Under the pieces are notes generated by a model. It did not search any database, was not told the origin of the DNA, and worked only from the letters and a program-made list of their open reading frames with translations. Positions 46,727 to 55,567 of a stretch of 64,000 nucleotides of DNA are shown here, piece after piece. Made by a program: the position numbers and the translations under genes. The first letter of the stretch is position 1; every line of letters starts with the position of its first letter. Origin of the DNA: Candidatus Magasanikbacteria bacterium RIFCSPHIGHO2_02_FULL_48_18 (lineage in GTDB: Bacteria > Patescibacteriota > Patescibacteriia > Magasanikbacterales > UBA922); assembly GCA_001784285.1 (NCBI GenBank), contig MFQC01000011.1, positions 3,640-67,639 on the forward strand. Direction: 5' to 3'.

Positions 46727-47803
46727 TCATCGTGCTGCCGTGACGACAGTCACGATCTTTGCTCCGGCCTGGCCTCTTTGCGCCTGCCGCTCGGCAATCC
46801 TCATGGCAATAAACATGTTCGCGCCCGCGGATTCAACCGCGGAGATCCCATGTTTGCTCAGAGCCAGGACACCCTGAGCCGCCTGCTCATCCGTAATGAT
46901 CTCTACCCGCGTCAGCTTCCGAAGATGCTTGAGGATGAGCTTTGTCGGGTTGCCAACCCCGAGGCCCTCAATGCCGAGAGTTCCGCTCATGTCTGCCGGA
47001 AAGTCGACGGTGATATCGAACCACCCATCCGGATCTGCCTCCGGAAAGCAGGTGAGTTTCGTGACCATCCCGGCGTTGCGGTATTGAACGAGAGCCCGTT
47101 CAATCGCCGCTCGCTCTTTCTCAAACCCTTGCCCTTTGACGCGCAGATACGCGTGCCACAGAGACAGGGTTGACCCAACGCCCTCGAGCCCGATGATCTT
47201 AATTCCGGGATAGAGCTGCCGCGCTCCATAACTGAGTCCGAACAGTGTCCCACCGGTTCCCACACCGGCGACAAGATGCGTGGGTGGAGTGCCATCATTT
47301 TCCAACTCTTCGTCGATCCGGAGTCCGAGAGTCTGGCACTGGATATCTACGATGAGGGGCTCCTCATGTTGCTCGAGCGGAACATAGGCGGGGTTGTCCC
47401 GCCAGAGTTCCAGCACCGTTCCCTTTCTGCCCTCTTGTCCTTGGCTCCGGGTCGGTCCTGAAACGACGCGGATGCCGCGCGCGAGGAGCCGGTCGCGTAC
47501 ACGCCGGCTCGTCTCCTCGTACACGACAGCGATGACCTCAAGGCGGCGCCGCCGTTCCTGCACGGCCTCGTGCACTGCCGTGACCGTGTTCCCCGCACCC
47601 TGGACAACGAGCGCGCGGGTTTTATGAGTAATCTGTCCTCTGTCGATGGCGAGGGCCACGAGAGCGCGCCCGATTGCCGTTTTCACGCCGGCCGCCAACT
47701 GGTCGGCACGAAACAAAACGATCTCACTTCCCTCGTACGCGATCCTCGTCAGCGGGACCTTTTTGGCCCGCTGATATTCCCTTTCAAGTGTTTTTTCGTA
47801 CAT
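46727..47803 (-). CDS. Divergent PLP-dependent fold-type II enzyme (cysteine synthase/TrpB superfamily)
   Basis: AGVKTA (likely PLP Lys), GAGNT, VAGVGTGGT, IEGLG, ESAGAN; GC-rich. Confidence 0.82.
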   Translation of the reverse strand: MYEKTLEREYQRAKKVPLTRIAYEGSEIVLFRADQLAAGVKTAIGRALVALAIDRGQITHKTRALVVQGAGNTVTAVHEAVQERRRRLEVIAVVYEETSRRVRDRLLARGIRVVSGPTRSQGQEGRKGTVLELWRDNPAYVPLEQHEEPLIVDIQCQTLGLRIDEELENDGTPPTHLVAGVGTGGTLFGLSYGARQLYPGIKIIGLEGVGSTLSLWHAYLRVKGQGFEKERAAIERALVQYRNAGMVTKLTCFPEADPDGWFDITVDFPADMSGTLGIEGLGVGNPTKLILKHLRKLTRVEIITDEQAAQGVLALSKHGISAVESAGANMFIAMRIAERQAQRGQAGAKIVTVVTAAR

Positions 47804-47851
47804 TTTCTTTTTCTCTCTTTTTCTTTTTGTTTTTTGAGGAATCAAGGGACA

Positions 47852-47906
47852 GGCGCCGGTGCGATAAATCGCCCCGGCGCCCCGCGTTCCCGCCGGCCGA
47901 ACGCGG
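47852..47906 (-). promoter_or_regulatory. Attenuator-like hairpins downstream of the His leader
   Basis: CCGCGTTC/GAACGCGG and GGCGCCGG/CCGGCGCC stems, with alternative pairing to the His codons. Confidence 0.6.
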
Positions 47907-47907
47907 C

Positions 47908-47967
47908 CTAGTGGCGGTGAACGTGGACGTGCGTGTGCACGTTGCCCTGCGCGATGCGAATACGCAT
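47908..47967 (-). CDS. His-rich leader peptide MRIRIAQGNVHTHVHVHRH
   Basis: AAGGAG SD, ATG, 5 CAC codons among the last 9, TAG, then hairpins. Confidence 0.8.
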   Translation of the reverse strand: MRIRIAQGNVHTHVHVHRH

Positions 47968-48107
47968 GGCACTCTCCTTGCAAAAACGCGGGGAATGCTC
48001 CCCGTGGCCGACCCAGCAGACAGAACGTTTAAGAAAACAACGTTCGCCGGGCCATTCAAATATTCTTCACAAAAAAAATTTGAACGGAACGACGAAACCA
48101 TACTGCT

Positions 48108-49238
48108 TTATACATATAGCCGCTGTACTTTCTCCGGAATCCGACTCAGACATTGATACACATTTTGATTTGTCAGGCGGCAAACATCCTCTAATGGAAT
48201 TTCTGCTTCATTTTGTTTCCCAAATATTACAACTTCATCATTGACAGCCACATCGTCTTCCAGGCCGACATCGGCAAAACAATTCGTGGCCGAGATACCA
48301 CCGACGAGTGGATATTTCTTTCCTTTGATCAATACTGATCCACCGTTCACGAGTTTTGGATCCAAACCATATGAATATCCAGGCAGTAAAATGGCAATTC
48401 GTTTTTTTTGTTTTGCAACATATGTTTGCCGATAAAACATTCCTTCGCCAGCCTCTATTTCTTTGATACACGCAACACGCGTTTTATAGGTCACGGTTGG
48501 TTCGAGAATTACTTTTTTTGTCGCTCGAGCTCCTTCCGATGGATAATAACCAAGCAGTGAAATGCCAAGCCGCATCATGTCGAGATTCGCCTCTGGAAAA
48601 AGAAAAACGGATTCGCTTGACCCAATGCTCCAAATCGGAACCAAAATATTTTCCTTACCACATGCCTCTCTCACAGAGAGAAACCGTTGCAATTGTTCTT
48701 GGTCAAATGATATATCTTCACTGAGCGTACTTGAGACCCCTGCCAGAGTAATGCTTGGGTACGCATTTGCCTTTTTGATCCACGCAGCTGCTTCTTGATA
48801 TGGAATTCCCAGACGAACAAGGCCGGTGTCTACCTTTATCCACACCGGCACGCGACGATTCATTTTTTTTGCCTGACGATTGAAATTATCAAAGTCCCCA
48901 GAAGTAAAAAGGCTCGGGGCAATATCATTTTCTATGAGCGCTCCCGCGTCTTCCGACGTATAGATGCCTAAATTGACAATTGTTTTTTGTACGCCTCCTG
49001 CTCGGAGCGAGAGCGCTTCTGCTACTCCCACAACGCCAAAGGCATCAACATTTTCTTCAATCGTTCGCGCGACACCAACACTTCCCAAGCCATATGCGTT
49101 TGCTTTTACAACCGCCATTATTTTGGTGTTGCCAATAAATTGTTTCATTGTTTGAACATTTTTTTTTAACGCCTGTGTGTTGATTTCCATCCAAACCAGC
49201 GGCTTTTTGAGCTGGGTGGTGGTACTCATTATTTTCAT
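48108..49238 (-). CDS. alr: Alanine racemase family PLP enzyme with divergent substrate motifs
   Basis: MAVVKANAYGLG; KVDTGLVRLG; MRLGISLLG; the usual GRVxMD segment reads GGISAT. Confidence 0.8.
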   Translation of the reverse strand: MKIMSTTTQLKKPLVWMEINTQALKKNVQTMKQFIGNTKIMAVVKANAYGLGSVGVARTIEENVDAFGVVGVAEALSLRAGGVQKTIVNLGIYTSEDAGALIENDIAPSLFTSGDFDNFNRQAKKMNRRVPVWIKVDTGLVRLGIPYQEAAAWIKKANAYPSITLAGVSSTLSEDISFDQEQLQRFLSVREACGKENILVPIWSIGSSESVFLFPEANLDMMRLGISLLGYYPSEGARATKKVILEPTVTYKTRVACIKEIEAGEGMFYRQTYVAKQKKRIAILLPGYSYGLDPKLVNGGSVLIKGKKYPLVGGISATNCFADVGLEDDVAVNDEVVIFGKQNEAEIPLEDVCRLTNQNVYQCLSRIPEKVQRLYV

Positions 49239-49253
49239 ATGTGAATGCAGTTT

Positions 49254-49357
49254 AAAAACAAAAAACCCTCACTGCTTTTGAGGAGGGTTCGACCTATGAA
49301 AAAACATCATCACGGCAAACTCTTCTCAAAAACAGAAGAAACATGATGATGTGCATG
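49254..49357 (-). promoter_or_regulatory. His attenuator overlapping the 3' end of the repressor gene
   Basis: His codons 49343-49357; protector 49342-49352:49304-49314; antiterminator 49322-49335:49272-49285; terminator 49264-49289 plus U-tract. Confidence 0.75.
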
Positions 49358-49657
49358 GACCGTATTTTGGACCAATGCTAACCGGCCGAGAACAAGACGA
49401 TATCCGCCTTTTCCTTTTTGAAGCCATTTCGAAATTCGAGCAATCGTGGTTGAACTCAAGGATGTTTTCTTTTGGATGTCAACATACGGGACACGATTGG
49501 CGAGCATGCGAGCCGCCAGCCAACGGTTACCAAATTCAATAATTTCAGACTCGGTTAAGAGATCACGTAAAAAACGTCGTGCTTCAGAACGATTTTCCAG
49601 CTGTAAAATGGCCTCAATCAAGGCATCCGTATTTTTGTTGTTCCATTGTTTGGTCAT
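49310..49657 (-). CDS. yerC: YerC/YecD TrpR-like repressor (HisR type) with a His-rich tail
   Basis: EARRFLRDLLTESEI....RW.AA.ML....Y..I...T.LSSTTIARISKWL..G.GGY; ends VHAHHHVSSVFEKSLP. Confidence 0.88.
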   Translation of the reverse strand: MTKQWNNKNTDALIEAILQLENRSEARRFLRDLLTESEIIEFGNRWLAARMLANRVPYVDIQKKTSLSSTTIARISKWLQKGKGGYRLVLGRLALVQNTVHAHHHVSSVFEKSLP

Positions 49658-49665
49658 ACAGAGAA

Positions 49666-49685
49666 TACTTTAGTTAACTAAAGTG
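49666..49685. promoter_or_regulatory. HisR-box-like operator
   Basis: TACTTTAGTTAACTAAAGTG; perfect 18-bp palindrome core overlapping the -10/+1 region. Confidence 0.8.
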
Positions 49686-49710
49686 TACCAAAGAAAAAAG
49701 ATAGTGTCAA
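49682..49710 (-). promoter_or_regulatory. Sigma70 promoter of the yerC operon
   Basis: TTGACA-17-TACACT with TG extension. Confidence 0.78.
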
Positions 49711-49804
49711 GAGTGAAAATATTCAAGTTATCCACAAAATAAAAATGGATGAAGCGGACTTGAAAATACCTGAAAGATCCCCTACACTACGTGCATACTT
49801 ATTT

Positions 49805-51262
49805 ATGGACACCCCCATTGTTATCCTCGGTGCCGGACCGGCAGGCATGGCTGCCGCCATGACACTCTCTGACGCAGGAAAAAATGCAATCGTTATCGAA
49901 AAAGACACCCAGGTGGGCGGCCTTGCAAAAACACTTCTCTTCCAAGAAGGAGACGACTTGTTTCGGACCGACATCGGTCCGCATCGTTTTTTTTCAAAAA
50001 ATCCATTCCTCTATCAATTTGTGGAAAATATTCTCCATGAGCAATGGGTTGAAGTGCCCCGTCAAACTCGTCAATATATTGACGGAAAATTTTATGCCTA
50101 CCCCATTATTCCCCTCCAAGCGCTCAAAAATATCGGCCCGCTTCGGGCGTGCGGCATGGGTTTTTCCTATTTGAAAGGCGCGGCAGAATTTGGATTATTC
50201 AAAAAACCAATCCGAACGTTTGAAGATTATATTATCCGTCATTTTGGAAAAAAACTTGGCTCGTTCAACATGCTTAATTACACGGAAAAAATTTGGGGCA
50301 TCCCGTGCGCCGCCATCCATCCGGATTGGGCAAAGCAAAGAATTAAAGGGCTGAATGTGAGGAGTGCCCTCAAAAACGCATTCAAAAAAAATAACAAAAA
50401 ACAGCCAAAATCCTTGGTGGATTCTTTTTTTTATCCTCAGTACGGCACCGGCCTTATTTATGAAACGATTCAAAAAAAAATTGAAACGCGAGGCAGTACT
50501 GTCTATACAAAAAGTACGCCGGCACAGATACGCCACAAAAACGGAACGATTACAGAAGTCATTATAGAAACAGACCGTGGCGGATCAATGACGGTCTCCC
50601 CCGCTCATCTCGTGAATTCCATTCCTATCCAGCAGTTCATTTCACTTCTCCATCCGGCGGCTCCGGAAGAGATACAGCATGCGGCAAACCAATTGAAATG
50701 GCGATCACAAGTCTATCTTTTTATCACCTTCAATAAACCATCCATAATGCGCGATAACTGGATTTATTTCCCGGATACCCATATCCCATTCGGACGAATT
50801 TCTGAGATGAAAAACTTTAGCGCCGACATGAGTCCGCAAGATAAAACCTCACTCTTTATAGAATTTTTTGTCACCAAAGGAAACACCCTCTGGAACATGG
50901 AAAACAATGCATTATTTTCTCTCACCATGGATCATTTGGAAAAAATTGGCATCTGTTCGCGAACCGACGTGCGAGCATATTACACGTTTAAAAAAAGTCA
51001 TGTGTACCCGGTGTATGATTTGACATATAAAACACACCTTGAGACGGTAACATCATACCTTGATTCATTGACCAACCTCTACACCATAGGGCGGCCGGGA
51101 CGATTTAAATATACCAACCAGGACCATAGCCTGGAAATGGGTATCGCCGCGGCAAAAAGTATTTTGGAAAACAAAAAATATGATCTGGAACATGCAGGAT
51201 CAGAAGATGACTATTTTGAATCAGGAACTCTTGCGGGGATGCAAGCTCACACACACCAATAA
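49805..51262 (+). CDS. FAD-dependent oxidoreductase (HemY/UDP-galactopyranose mutase-like)
   Basis: ILGAGPAG; VGGLAKT; DIGPHRFF; GRPGRFKYTNQDHS. Confidence 0.85.
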   Translation: MDTPIVILGAGPAGMAAAMTLSDAGKNAIVIEKDTQVGGLAKTLLFQEGDDLFRTDIGPHRFFSKNPFLYQFVENILHEQWVEVPRQTRQYIDGKFYAYPIIPLQALKNIGPLRACGMGFSYLKGAAEFGLFKKPIRTFEDYIIRHFGKKLGSFNMLNYTEKIWGIPCAAIHPDWAKQRIKGLNVRSALKNAFKKNNKKQPKSLVDSFFYPQYGTGLIYETIQKKIETRGSTVYTKSTPAQIRHKNGTITEVIIETDRGGSMTVSPAHLVNSIPIQQFISLLHPAAPEEIQHAANQLKWRSQVYLFITFNKPSIMRDNWIYFPDTHIPFGRISEMKNFSADMSPQDKTSLFIEFFVTKGNTLWNMENNALFSLTMDHLEKIGICSRTDVRAYYTFKKSHVYPVYDLTYKTHLETVTSYLDSLTNLYTIGRPGRFKYTNQDHSLEMGIAAAKSILENKKYDLEHAGSEDDYFESGTLAGMQAHTHQ

Positions 51263-52348
51263 TCACGATGCAACGCCAAATCCAACTTCAACGAAAACAC
51301 TGACCATATTGACCATTGCGTACGCGGCGAGAATAAGGAAAGGAGCAGAATACGCATATCGAGGAAAGAATGTCTTGGTCACCCACCGTATCCCAAGGGA
51401 CGCAAACATAATCGCAAAAAGCGCAATCATAAATGTGAGGCGGCTTTCGGACGCGGGCCACAAAAGAAAAGAAAAAGAAGGAAGAATAAAAGCGGCCGCC
51501 ACAGGATACAGATGCCGGTATTGTTTTGTTTTTTGAAAAATCCACAGACCAACACCGCCAAACACCCAACCAACGAGATGAAGCGCCTGGAAAAGACCGT
51601 AGAGATGAAGCAACAAAAGAGAGCCGATTCCACTTTGGTCAACATAGGTTGTTTTATTATACAGGAACCAATCAAGATAGGTATACGAAAAGTTGACATG
51701 CATAAAAATCTGAAAAAGGACGATTGGAATCAAAAAAACAACAGCGGCAAGAAAAAATATCCCTGTCTTTTTCTTCAATGAACGTTGATGAGAGAGCAGA
51801 ATAAGACCGCACAAAAAAAGAATCCCCATTCCTCCGTTTTCTTTCATCAACACTCCCGCGCTTGAAACAAATGCGGCAACAACCGCGAATAATACGTTAT
51901 CCTTTTCTCGATAGAGAAGCGCCAAAAAAACAGAAAAAAGATAAAAAAACCAAGCGCCCATATCGGTGAGATACCCCAATCCAAATTTAAGAACGGGCAT
52001 TGCGGAAAAAAACAACACCGACGCATAGAGCGCCTGTTTTTGATCATGGAACAGCCGGTTAATAATCAAAAATACCAAACCGACACTGAAAAAATAGAAA
52101 AAAATATTTTGAATAAGAAGCCCTGCCCCGAGCCCAATAAACTCAAACGGCACGGCAAGAAGCGGCCCGAGCGGCCGCAGGAGCCGATGGAGATGAACCG
52201 GCGCGTCCGGATCCCCAAGAAAAAAACGGATGGTGTCCACATATTGCTGACTGTCCAAAAAAACCAAAAATCCAAAAAAAATAAGAACGGACCCCAAATT
52301 GAGTGTGGCAAGCGTCAGTGTGAACAACAGGTACCGAAAGCGTTTCAT
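51263..52348 (-). CDS. GT-C type membrane glycosyltransferase (ArnT/PMT-like)
   Basis: Multi-TM; DS..Y, R..RPLGP, LTD and KE motifs. Confidence 0.65.
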   Translation of the reverse strand: MKRFRYLLFTLTLATLNLGSVLIFFGFLVFLDSQQYVDTIRFFLGDPDAPVHLHRLLRPLGPLLAVPFEFIGLGAGLLIQNIFFYFFSVGLVFLIINRLFHDQKQALYASVLFFSAMPVLKFGLGYLTDMGAWFFYLFSVFLALLYREKDNVLFAVVAAFVSSAGVLMKENGGMGILFLCGLILLSHQRSLKKKTGIFFLAAVVFLIPIVLFQIFMHVNFSYTYLDWFLYNKTTYVDQSGIGSLLLLHLYGLFQALHLVGWVFGGVGLWIFQKTKQYRHLYPVAAAFILPSFSFLLWPASESRLTFMIALFAIMFASLGIRWVTKTFFPRYAYSAPFLILAAYAMVNMVSVFVEVGFGVAS

Positions 52349-52350
52349 AG

Positions 52351-53070
52351 CTATGTCCTGTGTTTTTTTCGCCAGTCTGCAATGCGTTTATGGTCGCCGC
52401 TCAATAAAACAGAAGGAACCTCCCAGCCACGAAATGTGTCCGGCTTGGTGTACTGCGGATATTCTTTTTCCTCCTCTGTATGGTCCCTCTTTTGCGATAA
52501 AGAAAATGTTTCTTCTTTGAGTGACTCCTCGTTGCCCAAAACTCCAGGAATAAGGCGGCTCACGGCTTCGATAATGACGAGTGCGCCAAGCTCTCCTCCG
52601 GCCAAGACATATGGACCAATAGAAATTTCTTCGTCTACCATGTGGTCGGCAACGCGCTGATCCATGCCTTCGTACCGGCCGCAGATCAACACCAGTTCAT
52701 TGAGCTTGGACCACTCACGCGCCACCTGTTGGTCAAATTGACGTCCGCGAGGCGATAAGAGAATCGTTCGTTTTTTTTGCTTGATATTTCCGAAAAAAAT
52801 TTTCTTCACTTTGGACAAACCGTCCGCCTTATGAAATGGAATGCCGTCAATACTCCTCAGCGCCTCGTACACCGGCTCCGGCTTCATCACCATACCCGGG
52901 CCACCCCCATACGGGGTGTCGTCCACGGTTTTGTGTTTGTCATGCGTAAAATCACGGATGTTGATGGAACGAATCTGTATAACCCCTGCTTTTTGACCGC
53001 GCAAAAGAATGGACTCCTGACAATAGGAGTCAATAATGTGGGGAAAAAGTGTGAGAACGGAAAAACGCAT
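52351..53070 (-). CDS. trmD: tRNA (guanine-N1)-methyltransferase
   Basis: VDDTPYGGGPGMVM; CGRYEG; SIGPYVLAGGE; YPQYTKP. Confidence 0.97.
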   Translation of the reverse strand: MRFSVLTLFPHIIDSYCQESILLRGQKAGVIQIRSINIRDFTHDKHKTVDDTPYGGGPGMVMKPEPVYEALRSIDGIPFHKADGLSKVKKIFFGNIKQKKRTILLSPRGRQFDQQVAREWSKLNELVLICGRYEGMDQRVADHMVDEEISIGPYVLAGGELGALVIIEAVSRLIPGVLGNEESLKEETFSLSQKRDHTEEEKEYPQYTKPDTFRGWEVPSVLLSGDHKRIADWRKKHRT

Positions 53071-53077
53071 AGGAACA

Positions 53078-54358
53078 TCATCTTTTGGTATATTTTTGAA
53101 CCAAGAAAAAAATACCACCTATGAAGACCAACCCGAGAGCGATAATCGCTACAATGACCATGGCACTCAACCCAACATGAAATGTTGTTGCGTTGCCGGC
53201 AACAACGACATCATTGAGCGCAATGGTCGCATAGACTGTATATGTGCCTCGTTCTGCCTTTTTGGGGATATCAATGTTGTATGATTTTTCCCATTGGGGG
53301 CCGACCAATACCACATTCTCTTCAAATTCCGTGAGAAGCCCATGAGACGGATCTTCCACATGGTACGCCAGGTGGAGCAACGTTTGCGATTGTTCTTCGA
53401 GCGTGCTTGCGTCATCAGACAGCCGCACGATAAAAGGAAGGCTTGAACCGCCCCGAACACGATCCTCTGAAGCCAGAACATCAATCTGAAACAATGTCTC
53501 GCGGACATCGTTATTCACTACCTCAATATCAAAAAGATCGATATCTTGGAGGGTAGGATATTGAGGATGCGTCGCCGACATGAGCACGTGATATACGCCG
53601 GGCAATAGAATGTCCGGAAGTTCCCACTCCCATGTGCCCTCGCCGCCTGCGCGCACATTTGCGCTGAGAAGCCCGCTGTCAACAGAAAAACGAATGGTTG
53701 CCCCCGGAATATTGGTCGTCCCGCGAAGAATAGGGGGATCACCCCGAAAAAGCGAGGATGTGCTTATGTCATTCCGTATAAAAAGAACCCTGTCGCCAAC
53801 AATCAATTCGGAAACGGAATCTTTCGCAATAATCGGTGCGTCCGAATCCTTGGATTTTTGCTCCTCTGTACGAATGGTATAGTAAGAATCATCCGTAAAA
53901 AAAGGCATGTGCTGGCCGCCGACCGATAGCGCGGTGAGCGATTTTTGGAAAGAAAAAACCGCGCCTCCTTTTTGTTTCGGCAACAATGTTATGGTCGCAA
54001 ACGCCATGGATTCACGAACGGGCTCTCCTACTGTAGCCGTCAGGCTGAATGTGCCGTCTTCATTGTTGACCTCGTAGTTCGAATCAACGTCGTTTATAGA
54101 TTCATGAAATACAACCAACGATATTTCCAAAAAATCTTCCAGAAAAAATGCATGAACCGTAAGAGTGTCAACGGGGACATCTCCCGGCTTGACCCATAGA
54201 GAAATAGAAAATGGGTGGCCGACAATGGCAGTATCCCGTACTGGAGAAAAATAGAGCAATGCTGAACCAGACCCTGCAAAAACAGACGGGATAGCATAAA
54301 AAAAATGTATACTGGCAAAAACGAAAAAAAGCAATAAAGAAAATCGCTGGCGCGTCAT
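53078..54358 (-). CDS. Surface protein with cohesin-like and Ig-like domains and a C-terminal anchor
   Basis: Signal peptide; ALLYFSP; P.LRGTT.PGATI; GTWEW...L.PG.Y; C-terminal TM. Confidence 0.7.
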   Translation of the reverse strand: MTRQRFSLLLFFVFASIHFFYAIPSVFAGSGSALLYFSPVRDTAIVGHPFSISLWVKPGDVPVDTLTVHAFFLEDFLEISLVVFHESINDVDSNYEVNNEDGTFSLTATVGEPVRESMAFATITLLPKQKGGAVFSFQKSLTALSVGGQHMPFFTDDSYYTIRTEEQKSKDSDAPIIAKDSVSELIVGDRVLFIRNDISTSSLFRGDPPILRGTTNIPGATIRFSVDSGLLSANVRAGGEGTWEWELPDILLPGVYHVLMSATHPQYPTLQDIDLFDIEVVNNDVRETLFQIDVLASEDRVRGGSSLPFIVRLSDDASTLEEQSQTLLHLAYHVEDPSHGLLTEFEENVVLVGPQWEKSYNIDIPKKAERGTYTVYATIALNDVVVAGNATTFHVGLSAMVIVAIIALGLVFIGGIFFLVQKYTKR

Positions 54359-54456
54359 AAAAAATTTGAAGAGAAAAGAATGTTTTTGTTGACAAAGTAT
54401 ACCACAGAAAAAAAGAAGACTCCATTGCGGAATCTTCTTTTGACTATGATGGTGTA

Positions 54457-55512
54457 TTATTCAATATCTGGTCCGTCTTCGTATACTTCGGAATCAAGAA
54501 CAGTGACAACACGATCGAAACGATACCCGAGCTCTTTGAAGGCTTCTTCCGTGGTAATCCAGCTCTTTTTTCCTTCAAGGAGTTTGTACACTTTTGGAGA
54601 ATTTTTGTATTTGATCAAGGTGTTATCCGGGTGTTTGCTGGTGTCGGTGATTTCTCCCGCGGTTTCATATTTGTCCAATAGCGCCTTGTCAATATCTTCA
54701 ATCCAATCCCATTGATATTTGAGCGAAGTAAAGACCGTTTCATCCGTAATCCAATATTTTTTGTTTCCGAGAAGCAGATACACTTTTGGATCTTTCACGA
54801 TTTTTACCAATGCGCCATATTTTGGATCAAACTTTGGACCAAATGGCATAAAGTCCAATGGATCGTTCTTGAGGCTTCCCAATTTTGTGGTCACCTTGAC
54901 CTCATTCCAAGAGTTGAAATATGTATAGAAAACTGTTGGGTTCTTGAATGGCACTTTGGTACAATCATCGGTCACATAAAAGACTCCATATGAGCTTGAT
55001 GTTTTGTATGCTGATCCTGGCGTAAGGGCACATCCGTCTGTCGCTTCATCTTCAACAGAATCTTTAGATGTTTCCGGCTCTGCTTTTGCTTCCTCTTGGG
55101 GGCTTTCCAAAGAAACCAATATAATTTTCCCACTCACGACTTCTGTGGTTTTCCCTGTTCCAGAGCTTCGAAATTTCACATATACTGTTTTACTGCCTGC
55201 CCCTGGCTGAAGAACCCAAGAAGCGGTTTCTGCATACTTCTCCCATGAGCTGTCCTTAAAATCCGAATAGTTGGAGATGGCCATTTGGTCACCACTCGTT
55301 TTTGGGAGTTTTAGGGTGACATCGGTCGTGGCAGTAGTTGCCGCGCCATTGTTGATAACAACTTTTACCTCAGCCTCCTTTGAACCCTCTGAAGGACTAA
55401 CAGTGGGGGCTGGAGCAGATGAAGACCCGCCTCCACCGTACTGGGCAAGGGCTACACCGGGAACCACCATTGCCAAAAGCACGAAGAAGGAGACAAACGA
55501 ACGCTTTTGCAT
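54457..55512 (-). CDS. Secreted protein with CPR-type 'P.VY....K.WI.....F..LGY' repeats
   Basis: Signal peptide; INNGA..T...V.L...G.KTVYVKFR domain; three repeat units. Confidence 0.75.
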   Translation of the reverse strand: MQKRSFVSFFVLLAMVVPGVALAQYGGGGSSSAPAPTVSPSEGSKEAEVKVVINNGAATTATTDVTLKLPKTSGDQMAISNYSDFKDSSWEKYAETASWVLQPGAGSKTVYVKFRSSGTGKTTEVVSGKIILVSLESPQEEAKAEPETSKDSVEDEATDGCALTPGSAYKTSSSYGVFYVTDDCTKVPFKNPTVFYTYFNSWNEVKVTTKLGSLKNDPLDFMPFGPKFDPKYGALVKIVKDPKVYLLLGNKKYWITDETVFTSLKYQWDWIEDIDKALLDKYETAGEITDTSKHPDNTLIKYKNSPKVYKLLEGKKSWITTEEAFKELGYRFDRVVTVLDSEVYEDGPDIE

Positions 55513-55567
55513 ACAAACGGATGAATTAAAAAAATAATTTAAGATAAAAAATAAAAAGAAAGAGTTG

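Noticed and set aside
47804-47983. 60-aa N-terminal extension of the PLP enzyme in the ORF track
   Set aside because: It spans the leader peptide and hairpins; ATG 47803 after an A-rich tract is the better start.
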